Of a stretch of DNA of 64,000 bases, positions 42,012 to 50,320 are shown one piece after another; position 1 is the stretch's first letter, and the number at the start of each line of letters is the position of its first letter. The DNA is from Chromatiales bacterium (GTDB taxonomy: Bacteria > Pseudomonadota > Gammaproteobacteria > UBA6429 > Thiohalophilaceae): contig JALSSV010000020.1 in assembly GCA_026984045.1 (NCBI GenBank), positions 7,076 to 71,075 of the forward strand. Reading direction: 5' to 3'. The position numbers and the translations under genes were made by a program. The notes under the pieces were generated by a model. That model was not told the DNA's origin. It did no database searches and saw only the letters and a list, made by a program, of their open reading frames with translations.

Positions 42012-43024
42012 GCCGTGACCTCCCGGGAACGCCAGAGGGTGAGCGCATCGAGCAGACTGATCTCCTCGCGGGCGATCATGCCGGCCAGGCGCGCGGTGTC
42101 GCCCGACTCCTTGTGCATTTCGTCGAGCACGTCGAACACCGTGCCATCGGCCTTTTGCGGATCCACCAGGCGCGCGAAATAGGAGGCCGGCAGGGGACGG
42201 AAGAACAGGGTCAGACGGGCCGGATGGCCGCTGACCGGGGCGTTCCAGAAATAGTGGCCACGCCAGGAACGGCCACCGAGCAGGGTTTCGCACAGTTGCA
42301 GCCAGAACAGCACATAGGGCATGGCCTCGGCCCGTCCCGGCAGCGGCAGGCGGATCCCCCAGGGAATGCGTTGCGGAGAGCGACGCGAGACGGTCTGCAG
42401 CACGCCGACCACGGTACGCACGAAACGGGCACGCTGCTCGCCGTCGGTGCCGGGAAGCAGTTCGCGCCAGAACTGACCGAGGGAGACGGCACGCAGGCGC
42501 TGCATCTCCGCCTCGACGAGGCGGCGCCGATCCGTCAGTGGCCCTGCCCCGTCGAGGCCATCGACGGCTTCGGTGAGGCGCGCCACGTGCTGCCCCGTCC
42601 AGTCCCGCGCCAAGAGGGCCTCGGCGTCGGCGAAGAAACGCTCTGCCGCCAGGGGCAGGAGGGCCTGGTGATCCTTGAACAGGGCCTCGTCGCTGGCCGC
42701 GAACAGGGCGAAGGGATAGCTGCGGCCGCTGCGATCCCGGCTCGGCATGAGCAGGCCATAGACGGATTTCTCGTCGCCGGCGCCGGTGAAGACGAAACGG
42801 TGTGCCGGCGCGGCGGCGAAGTGCTCCTTCCAGCTCTCGCCATGCATCCGGTTGATCAGGGTCACGCCCTCCTGCATCCAGTTGTCGAGCGAGACCACTT
42901 CACGGCTCTTGAGATTGTGCTTGATGAACTCGGCATGCAGGGGCAGCTTGCCGACGCAGCCGACCAGCGGACCGGTCGTGGCCGGGGCCACCGTCTTGCT
43001 TTCCCGATTGAGGAATCCGAACAT
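42008..43024 (-). CDS. tagF: T6SS-associated protein TagF (DUF2094/ImpM)
   Basis: VGCVGKLPLHAEFI....LDNWMQEG...GLLMPSRDRSGRSYPFALFA, the TagF signature. 338 aa. Confidence 0.85.
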   Translation of the reverse strand: MFGFLNRESKTVAPATTGPLVGCVGKLPLHAEFIKHNLKSREVVSLDNWMQEGVTLINRMHGESWKEHFAAAPAHRFVFTGAGDEKSVYGLLMPSRDRSGRSYPFALFAASDEALFKDHQALLPLAAERFFADAEALLARDWTGQHVARLTEAVDGLDGAGPLTDRRRLVEAEMQRLRAVSLGQFWRELLPGTDGEQRARFVRTVVGVLQTVSRRSPQRIPWGIRLPLPGRAEAMPYVLFWLQLCETLLGGRSWRGHYFWNAPVSGHPARLTLFFRPLPASYFARLVDPQKADGTVFDVLDEMHKESGDTARLAGMIAREEISLLDALTLWRSREVTA

Positions 43025-43028
43025 GCCG

Positions 43029-46000
43029 TCACTCCCACTTCGCAATGTTGAGGGGACTGGCGTGGTCGCGGTCGAACAGATCCGGCATGTCGAGGCCGGT
43101 CAGCAGCCCCGGCTTGAGCAGGTTGTTGTGACGATCCGCCTTGATCCGGAAACGGACTTCCAGCGGCTGACCGTTGACCGAATCCAGCTCCCAGGTGGTC
43201 ATGTACTGGGCGCCCCGTTCCCGCACCATTCGCGCCTTGCGGAACACGTGGAACAGGCCCCACACGCCGTCCGCGGCGATCTCGCCCCGGGCATTGCGCC
43301 GGTTGGAGACGGCGATCACCCGGGCACCGCTGCGTTCGGTGTTGCCGGGCCAGCGAAACTTGCGCCATTCCTGGGGCTCGTTGCGATAACGGTAGATCTG
43401 GCCGTTGGTTTCCAGCAGCACCTCGCTGAGCCCGGAGGTGGGGATCGGATAGAGATAGAAGGTCAGGCTGGGCTCGTCGCTGCCGCGGCGGAACAGCCCC
43501 CGGGTGATCTGGCTGGCCCGGGTCAGGGTGTAGAGGAAATCCTTGCTGAAGCCGGGCCCCACGTCGAGCCAGCGGCGTTCCCGCCAGGTACCACGGTACT
43601 TGGTGAGATAGGTGGACAGGTGGGTGTTGACGAAGCTCCAGAGGATGCCGTCGTTGGGGCGGAAGAATTCGGCCACGTCTTCGATGGCCACGTCGGGGCC
43701 GCTGCTGGCGAAGGGGAAGCGGCCGCGGATCCGCTCGTCGAATTCGCGCACCACCAGGGTGTTCCATTTCTGCTGAACGTCCTGCATGCCGGTGGCCAGC
43801 ACCGCCTGCCAGGCATGGCGGATGGCGGAGATGAGCATCGGTTCGATGGCCCGCCGGGTGCGCACGTCGGTGCCGTTGAGCAGACTGGTGGTGGTGACCC
43901 AGGTCTTGTACATCTCCAGGTTGCTGCTGCCCCCGCTGAGCATGCTGGAGGCGAACATCTCGGCTTCATGGGTCAGCTCGCTGGAGGCCCGCAGGCGTTC
44001 CAGCTCACCCTGCATGCCGGACAGGGCCAGCAGGTACTGGTTGACAAGATCCGAGACCTGCCGCTTCTCGGCCGGCTCGACGAAACGGCGCAGATCGGCG
44101 AAGGCGGTATCCAGTTCGGGAATGGCATCGGCGACCACCAGGTTGCTGCGCCGCACCTGTGGCTTGCCGTCCTGCCAGTCGATCTCGTGGAGATTGATGT
44201 TGTCCCGAACCACGGCCATCAGCTCGGCGATGGGCCCGTCCGAGCGGGAGACCAGCAGCAGCTTGTTGGCGGCGTCGGCCACCGAAGTGAAGGGCCGCAC
44301 CTGGACCGAGGCGAGGAACTCGTACCAGGCGTTGGCGTACTCCTCGAAATACAGATGCCGGATCTGGGTTTCCAGTTCGTGCATCAGCTCGGGGTTGACG
44401 CTGTCCCCGGCCTGCGCGGTCGCTTCGGCATCGAGAGCGACATTGACGCTCTCGGTGCCGAGCACCCAGTCGCCGCGGCTGGCCGAGTTGACCACGGTAC
44501 GGATCTCCCGCGAGACATAACGTTCCCAGCCCTTGCGGGTGAACACCACCGGCAGATCGTGGAGGCTCTGCAGATAGCTGTTGCCGCGGCCCTTGACCAA
44601 TTTCTTGAGGCTGGTGGTGCCCAGCAGCACCTTGCCCTTGTTGCGCAACTGGGCATAGAGCAGATCGGCGTTGGGCGGCGTGCGCAGGAGATTGCGCGCG
44701 GTTTCCACCACGGCGTCGTCAGCCTTCCAGGCCGCGGCGGCCAGCAGGTGATCGCTGGGGCGCTTCATGTCGGCAAGATAGAGCCGGATCATGCCCTCGC
44801 GGGTCGCCTGGGGGATCGCGGCGAGGCGGCGGCGGGTATCGCTGCCGTCGTTGGGCGCCATGATCGCCTCCCAGGCGGCCAGCAGCAGGGGCAGCGCCGT
44901 GTCGGGATCCAGGCGTGCCGGCTGGCTGAGCATGAGATAGACCTTGAGGGTGTCGTAGTACTCCTGGCGCAACTTGGCCGACTCGTCTTCGTTGCGGACC
45001 TTGCGCCAGCGCTCGGCATAATCCCGCAGGCGCGTCTCCAGCAGTTTCGCCACAGGCTCGAGGAAGCGCTGCTCGAGGGTGCGTACCAGCACCTGCTCCA
45101 GGGGCTCGATCTGTTCGTTGGCCCGGTAGATGCCCAGGCGCAGGTGCCACGGCATCTGCCGGCGGTAGGCCTTGAGGGTGGCGTACTGGTCGTAGACGTC
45201 GGCCAGGGCCAGGTAGAATTCGCCGGGTTCGGCGCGATCGTTGTGCGCCACCTGCAGCAGCTTCTCCACCCGCTCCACGCCTTCGTCGATCAGCAGGCTG
45301 TTGCTGGTGAAGGAGGCGCTGAGCAGCGTGATGCTGGCAACGATGGTGGCCAGCCCGCCGACGATGGCGCCGGTCTTGAGCCAGCGGGTCATCAGGTGCT
45401 TGCGGCGGTTCTTGCCGAAGGCCACCGGCTCGCGGAAGATGACCTCCTTGAGCAGGCGGTGGATGAAGTAGCTCTTGTCGGCCTTCTCGACGGTGGCCAT
45501 CTCTTCGGGCGAGACGTAGCCGAAGGCCTGGCGCAGGTTGCCCACCACCCGCTGCAGGGGCATCCCCTCCTGGGTACCGCTGGTGAAGTACACCCCCTTG
45601 AAGTTGGGCGTCTCCTGGTAGGGATTCTCCTTGAACAGCAGGCCGATGAACTCGATCAGTTTCTCGCTGGCGGCCTGGAACTGGGCCGGGAAGTCGAAGA
45701 TCTCGCTCTTGATCTCCTGCTTGCGCTGCATGGACAGCTTGTGCAGCCGCAGCTCGCACAGGCGCTCGTAGAGCGCCTCGAGCTGGCGCGCCACCGCGGC
45801 CGCGGGATCCTCACCCTCCGCCGTTTCGGCCAGGAACATACCCCAGACCTGGTTGCGTTCGTTCTCGGTGAGATCGCCGAAGAAGGCCTCGAAACCGTTG
45901 AGCAGATCGGTCTTGGTGAACAGGATGTAGATGGGGAACATGAAGCCGAGGTTGCTGATCAGCTCCTCGATCCGCTCCCGGATCACCTTCACGTGCCATT

Positions 46001-46691
46001 CGAGGGATTCCTCGTCGGCGGTGAGGATGTCGGCCAGGCTGATGGCGACCATCACGCCGTTGAGGGGCATGCGACGGCGGTATTTCTTGAGCAGGCCGAG
46101 GAAGGCCTGCCATTCCTCGCGGTCGTTCTCCTCGGTGGTATAGCGGCCGGCGGTGTCGAGGATCACGGCCTCGTCGGAGAACCACCAGTCGCAGTTGCGG
46201 GTGCCGCCGAAGCCGCGAATGTCGATGTCGTCGGCATGGGAATAGGGAAAGTGCAGGCCCGAGTTGCGCAGCAGGGTGCTCTTGCCGGCCGCCGAGGGAC
46301 CGATGATCATGTACCACGGCAGGGCGTAGAGGGCGGCGCTGCCACGGTGCTTGACCCCGAGGCCGGAGGTCTTGAGCGAGGCGACGGCCTCTTCCATCTT
46401 CTCCTTGAGGGCCTGGATTTCCGCCTGGCGGCTTTCGTCGTCGCCGCCCTGGGCTTCCAGCTCCTGGCGCAGCTTCTCGCCGCGGCTGCGAGCCAGCCAC
46501 CAGGTCACGAGCAGGTAGAGCGCGGCCAGGCCGAGGATCCCGCCGAGGATCGCCAGGCGCCAGGCCACGCTGCTCAGGCCCACGTAGGGGCCGCCGTACC
46601 AGACGAGGGCCAGCAGGACGATCAGCCCGATGGCGGTACTGCCGGCACGGCTCAGAAGATAACGCTTGAGAATCCCGATCAGCCTGTTCAT
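43029..46691 (-). CDS. tssM: T6SS membrane complex protein TssM (IcmF)
   Basis: N-terminal TMs, Walker A (GPSAAGKST), long periplasmic IcmF-related C-terminus. 1220 aa. Confidence 0.95.
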   Translation of the reverse strand: MNRLIGILKRYLLSRAGSTAIGLIVLLALVWYGGPYVGLSSVAWRLAILGGILGLAALYLLVTWWLARSRGEKLRQELEAQGGDDESRQAEIQALKEKMEEAVASLKTSGLGVKHRGSAALYALPWYMIIGPSAAGKSTLLRNSGLHFPYSHADDIDIRGFGGTRNCDWWFSDEAVILDTAGRYTTEENDREEWQAFLGLLKKYRRRMPLNGVMVAISLADILTADEESLEWHVKVIRERIEELISNLGFMFPIYILFTKTDLLNGFEAFFGDLTENERNQVWGMFLAETAEGEDPAAAVARQLEALYERLCELRLHKLSMQRKQEIKSEIFDFPAQFQAASEKLIEFIGLLFKENPYQETPNFKGVYFTSGTQEGMPLQRVVGNLRQAFGYVSPEEMATVEKADKSYFIHRLLKEVIFREPVAFGKNRRKHLMTRWLKTGAIVGGLATIVASITLLSASFTSNSLLIDEGVERVEKLLQVAHNDRAEPGEFYLALADVYDQYATLKAYRRQMPWHLRLGIYRANEQIEPLEQVLVRTLEQRFLEPVAKLLETRLRDYAERWRKVRNEDESAKLRQEYYDTLKVYLMLSQPARLDPDTALPLLLAAWEAIMAPNDGSDTRRRLAAIPQATREGMIRLYLADMKRPSDHLLAAAAWKADDAVVETARNLLRTPPNADLLYAQLRNKGKVLLGTTSLKKLVKGRGNSYLQSLHDLPVVFTRKGWERYVSREIRTVVNSASRGDWVLGTESVNVALDAEATAQAGDSVNPELMHELETQIRHLYFEEYANAWYEFLASVQVRPFTSVADAANKLLLVSRSDGPIAELMAVVRDNINLHEIDWQDGKPQVRRSNLVVADAIPELDTAFADLRRFVEPAEKRQVSDLVNQYLLALSGMQGELERLRASSELTHEAEMFASSMLSGGSSNLEMYKTWVTTTSLLNGTDVRTRRAIEPMLISAIRHAWQAVLATGMQDVQQKWNTLVVREFDERIRGRFPFASSGPDVAIEDVAEFFRPNDGILWSFVNTHLSTYLTKYRGTWRERRWLDVGPGFSKDFLYTLTRASQITRGLFRRGSDEPSLTFYLYPIPTSGLSEVLLETNGQIYRYRNEPQEWRKFRWPGNTERSGARVIAVSNRRNARGEIAADGVWGLFHVFRKARMVRERGAQYMTTWELDSVNGQPLEVRFRIKADRHNNLLKPGLLTGLDMPDLFDRDHASPLNIAKWE

Positions 46692-47425
46692 GGTTGTGCT
46701 TCCTCACGCGCCGCTGGCGTGTCCTGCGGGTTGAGCTGCTGGTTGTAGGCGACGATCTGCTCCACGCTGTCGTGCACGAAACCGTCGATGAGGACCGTGT
46801 AGGTGAGGTAGGTGAAGAAGACGACCCCGGCGGTGACAGTGCCGATCACCCAGTAGGGAATTTCGCGGCGGGCCTGGGCGAGCAGGCTTTCCTTGGGCAC
46901 CCCGTCGGGGGCGAGCTTGGGGCTGACCACGCCGCGGTAGCCGTCGATCTGGCTGCGCAGATCCACCTGCAGGGCCATGAGCTGTTCCAGCCCGCGCAGG
47001 CGATAGACCCCCTCGAAACCCAGTTGCAGGCAGACGTAATAAAGCTCCAGCACGTCGAGATTGGCCTCGCCTCCCTGGCGCAACTGGGCCAGGTGCTCGA
47101 AGAACCCCTCCCCGGCCAGGTGCTCGCCGAAGAACTCCAGTTGCAGCGGCTTGCTCATCCAGTCCAGGCGGCCGGGCCAGCGGGAACTGAGCACCACTTC
47201 GTCGATGTAGGCGGCCATGGCGTACTTGGCCTCTTTTACCGTCTGCATGGTGATCTGGCGCTCGAAGGCCATCCGCTCCAGCTCGTCGAAACCGTTGAGC
47301 AGGGTCTGGCGGTAGTCTTCGGGCAGGGACTCGCCGTGCTCCCCCTTGCGAAAGGGCGCCACCAGGGCGAACAGCGGCGTGCAGCATTCGAGTAGCGGAT
47401 TGGTGCGGGGCTGGGCTTCGCTCAT
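46688..47425 (-). CDS. tssL: T6SS membrane complex protein TssL (DotU), no peptidoglycan-binding extension
   Basis: DotU pattern (AKYAMAAYIDEVVL...LELYYVCLQLGFEG.YR). Single C-terminal TM, ends ~25 aa after it. Confidence 0.9.
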   Translation of the reverse strand: MSEAQPRTNPLLECCTPLFALVAPFRKGEHGESLPEDYRQTLLNGFDELERMAFERQITMQTVKEAKYAMAAYIDEVVLSSRWPGRLDWMSKPLQLEFFGEHLAGEGFFEHLAQLRQGGEANLDVLELYYVCLQLGFEGVYRLRGLEQLMALQVDLRSQIDGYRGVVSPKLAPDGVPKESLLAQARREIPYWVIGTVTAGVVFFTYLTYTVLIDGFVHDSVEQIVAYNQQLNPQDTPAAREEAQP

Positions 47426-47428
47426 GGG

Positions 47429-48766
47429 TCAGTCCTGGACGGTCAATAGTTCGATCTTGACGTCGGTGAAATCGCGCGAGAGAAACAGGGCCAGGGTGCG
47501 CTCCTCGAGCACGCGCTCCCAGAATTCGCCCCGCGGCTCGATGTGGAAGTATTCATAGCCGCTCTTGATGGGCAGGTTGCTGGGGGGACGCTGGGTGTGG
47601 ACGATGCGCAGCCCCGGCAGGGCCGAGGCGACGACCATCTCGATGTCGGCCCGGGCGGCGGCCTTGACCATGCGCTCGAAATGGGTCACCCACAGGGGAT
47701 CGTCGCTGTCGGAGAGCACGGCCAGATAGAAACTGGCCCCGGACAGCAGGCGGCTGTCGATGTCGTCCACCGACAGCAGGGCGTCGCTCTCGCGCCTGAA
47801 CGCCAGCACGTCGAGCTTGGTGGGCATGGCCACATCGACCAGCCCGCGCAGGAGATCTTCCAGCTCGCCGAAGACCCCCGCGAGATGGTGATGGCGGTAA
47901 CGGGGGATCCGGTGCACGTCGATCTCGAAGCTGAACGGGGTCAGTTCGCCAATTACCCGGGACAGGAGCGTGTAGAGCCGCTCGGGATGCAGATCGTCAT
48001 TTTCCTGGAAGTGCTTCAGCAGGGGGAGTCCGCCACTGAGTGCCTGCAGGATCAGGAAATTGGACAGATCGCTGTGGCCGAAACCGGCAGTGGAGGCGCT
48101 TTGCTGCTTGCGACGCTCGTTGAGGGTCCGGATCTTGGCGCTGAACAGTTCGATGAGACGCTGCAGGGTGTCGCGCAGGCGGGGGGAGGCGCCGATCCGG
48201 GCCACGGCCGGAATGAACTCCGGGACCAGGGTATAGACCCCGTCACCCTCGTTGCGCACCTCGGCCAGCTTGATCCAGGTGAAGTGCTCGCGGGATTCCT
48301 TACCGTTGAGCAGCATGAGATTGGGCCGGCCGAGCATCACTTCCCGCTCGCGGGAGGGATCGTTCTCGTCGGGCACGCGCTGGTAGTCCACGGCCCAGGA
48401 GCAGAGCTGGCCATGATTTTGGTAGCCGTTGATGCCGCTGGCGGAACGGTTGGCCGGCAGGCACAAATGGATCTCGATGTTGCGCTCCAGGCCGCCTTCC
48501 AGTTCCATGGCCAGGGACGGGCCGTCGGCGGCATCGTAGCTGACCAGGCGGCCGTCGGGAAAAATGACCTGGCAGCGCTTGATCCGAAAGCGGCTGTTTT
48601 CCAGCGCTTCTTCGTCGATGTCGAGACTGATGACCCCCCACCCCATGGGCGAGAGGCTGCGCACCTGCAGGCTCTGGTAGGTTTCGTAATAGCGGTCCCA
48701 GAGCTGGAAGTGCTGCTGGCCGAGGAACATGCCCTCTGCCCAGATGACCTTGCGCAATGCGTCCAT
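47429..48766 (-). CDS. tssK: T6SS baseplate protein TssK
   Basis: VIWAEGMFLGQQHFQLWDRY N-terminal signature. 445 aa. Confidence 0.92.
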   Translation of the reverse strand: MDALRKVIWAEGMFLGQQHFQLWDRYYETYQSLQVRSLSPMGWGVISLDIDEEALENSRFRIKRCQVIFPDGRLVSYDAADGPSLAMELEGGLERNIEIHLCLPANRSASGINGYQNHGQLCSWAVDYQRVPDENDPSREREVMLGRPNLMLLNGKESREHFTWIKLAEVRNEGDGVYTLVPEFIPAVARIGASPRLRDTLQRLIELFSAKIRTLNERRKQQSASTAGFGHSDLSNFLILQALSGGLPLLKHFQENDDLHPERLYTLLSRVIGELTPFSFEIDVHRIPRYRHHHLAGVFGELEDLLRGLVDVAMPTKLDVLAFRRESDALLSVDDIDSRLLSGASFYLAVLSDSDDPLWVTHFERMVKAAARADIEMVVASALPGLRIVHTQRPPSNLPIKSGYEYFHIEPRGEFWERVLEERTLALFLSRDFTDVKIELLTVQD

Positions 48767-48783
48767 GTTCGCCCTCCGCGCGC

Positions 48784-49248
48784 TCAGTCCTGGATGGTGA
48801 TGGTGTTGCCGACCAGGCTCACCCGGAAGCTGCTCGAGAAATGGCCGGTGACGAAGCCGTTGGACAATTCGTGAACGTCACGCCACTTCTTGTCGACCGG
48901 GTTGCGGAAGATGGCCACGACGCCCACGTATTTGGCCTGGTCGTGCTTGTCGATCTCGACGCTCAGCTGGTCAGAGGGGTTGATCACCACTTCCTTGCTG
49001 GTGAGCAGGCTGTCGCCGAGGACCTTGAGATCGTCCTTCCAGATGTCCTCGAACTTGCTGTTCTCGAAGCTGTCCTTGGCCGAGAGCTGGTAGACCCGCA
49101 CCACCACGGGCAGGGGGTTCTGATCCTGCCCCAGATTGAGGTTGGCATTGGACGACAGGGACACCTTGACCACCGGTCCCCCACATGCCACGGCCAAGAC
49201 ACTCAAAACCCCAAGCAACAACATTCTTGCACGGGAAAACGTTTTCAT
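48784..49248 (-). CDS. tssJ: T6SS outer-membrane lipoprotein TssJ (SciN)
   Basis: Lipobox LAVAC, then NPLPVVVRVYQL.....F......DIW, typical of TssJ. Confidence 0.85.
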   Translation of the reverse strand: MKTFSRARMLLLGVLSVLAVACGGPVVKVSLSSNANLNLGQDQNPLPVVVRVYQLSAKDSFENSKFEDIWKDDLKVLGDSLLTSKEVVINPSDQLSVEIDKHDQAKYVGVVAIFRNPVDKKWRDVHELSNGFVTGHFSSSFRVSLVGNTITIQD

Positions 49249-49260
49249 TGGCTGTACCTC

Positions 49261-49854
49261 CTAAGCCGGTGTTTCGGACTTGCTGGTTTCGCCTTCACGG
49301 CGGCGAACGTATTGCTGCAGGAATCCCGGCGCGAGAACGCGCTGGAACCGCAGGTTGTCGTTGTCGAGCAGCTCCTGGACGCGCTGGTTGTGACGTTTCC
49401 AGGCCCGGCCGCTGGTGAGCAGGCGTCCGCCGTGGGCCTCGCGCACGGCTTCGGCACTGGTGTACTGAAGGGTGGCCACGGCCACGCCGTCGAGCCCGCC
49501 CATCAGGGCGAGCTGGTGCTGCATCATGTCTTCGAAGAGGCGCTGCAGGGCCGGCACGCATTCGTCACCGGCGCGGAACCACTGGTGTAGCACCTCGCGG
49601 GGGGCGTGCCCCTCGAAGTGTTCGCTGGAATGAGGAAAGACCCGCACGGGCGCCAGGCCGAACTCGTCGGCGAACTGCTGCTGGCCCTCGATCAGGCGGC
49701 AAAGACCGTCGAGCAGCGTCTGGACGAGCAGCCGGGTGGGGCGGGATCCGGAGCCGGAACCTGAGGAAGACCTTTCGACAGAAAGATTGCTGGCATCCGT
49801 GCCAGGCAGGTGCGTGACCACGCTGAATTTTCCTTGCTCAACCATCGCTTGCAT
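49261..49854 (-). CDS. TagH/Fha C-terminal-domain protein lacking the FHA domain
   Basis: Occupies the fha/tagH slot upstream of tssJ. Its C-terminal two-thirds resemble the TagH C-terminal domain (LLDGLCRLIEGQ..F..EFGL; ..HQLALMGGL...; AWKRHNQRVQELL......FQRVLAPGFLQQY). No FHA motif is present and no coding sequence lies upstream. Confidence 0.55.
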   Translation of the reverse strand: MQAMVEQGKFSVVTHLPGTDASNLSVERSSSGSGSGSRPTRLLVQTLLDGLCRLIEGQQQFADEFGLAPVRVFPHSSEHFEGHAPREVLHQWFRAGDECVPALQRLFEDMMQHQLALMGGLDGVAVATLQYTSAEAVREAHGGRLLTSGRAWKRHNQRVQELLDNDNLRFQRVLAPGFLQQYVRRREGETSKSETPA

Positions 49855-50320
49855 CCTCTGCTGCCGGGCCGACTCAGGTCCACTATCCTGTCCGTGTCAG
49901 TCCGGCATGCGCGCTTGCGCGCGACTTGTCTGTTCTGCTTGTTTTGGGTTGCCCGGAACCTGTCCTTTCCGACGGTTCGTTACAGGGCGTGCACATTGTT
50001 GACAAACTGGGCGGGATTTTCAATTACGGGAAATGCGCATTTTCCTGTCGGACGATTCCGACAAGGCGGGATGATGTTAATACTTTTTTCCGAGAAGGAA
50101 ACGGCCTGCGCACTTGCCGCGGTGGCCGTACTTAATCACATTTTTCAAACAGTTAAATACCGAACCTGACAAGCAGGATGCGCAGACAAGCAAGCACGAT
50201 ACGCGTGATGATTCCTGCCAAGGACGCGAAAACGGCTTTCAACGAATTTTCCGTTTTGCAACGCAGTTCACACTTTGGACAAGCCGACCCGGAATGTCCC
50301 GCCAAGGGATTGACAGGGTT
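49855..50320 (-). promoter_or_regulatory. AT-richer 466-bp control region upstream of the T6SS operon (candidate promoter and operator palindromes)
   Basis: Minus-strand TTGAAA-N17-AACAAT (50023-49995). Palindromes AAATGCGCATTT (50031-50042) and TGTCGGA-N4-TCCGACA (50046-50063). GC visibly lower than the flanks. Confidence 0.3.

Noticed and set aside
49855-50320. Sigma54 (TGGCAC-N5-TTGC) promoter upstream of the T6SS operon, as in several T6SS loci.
   Set aside because: I scanned both strands by eye. The closest matches (for example GTGAACTGCGTTGCA on the minus strand near 50255-50270) lack the invariant GG, and no EBP gene is in the cluster.
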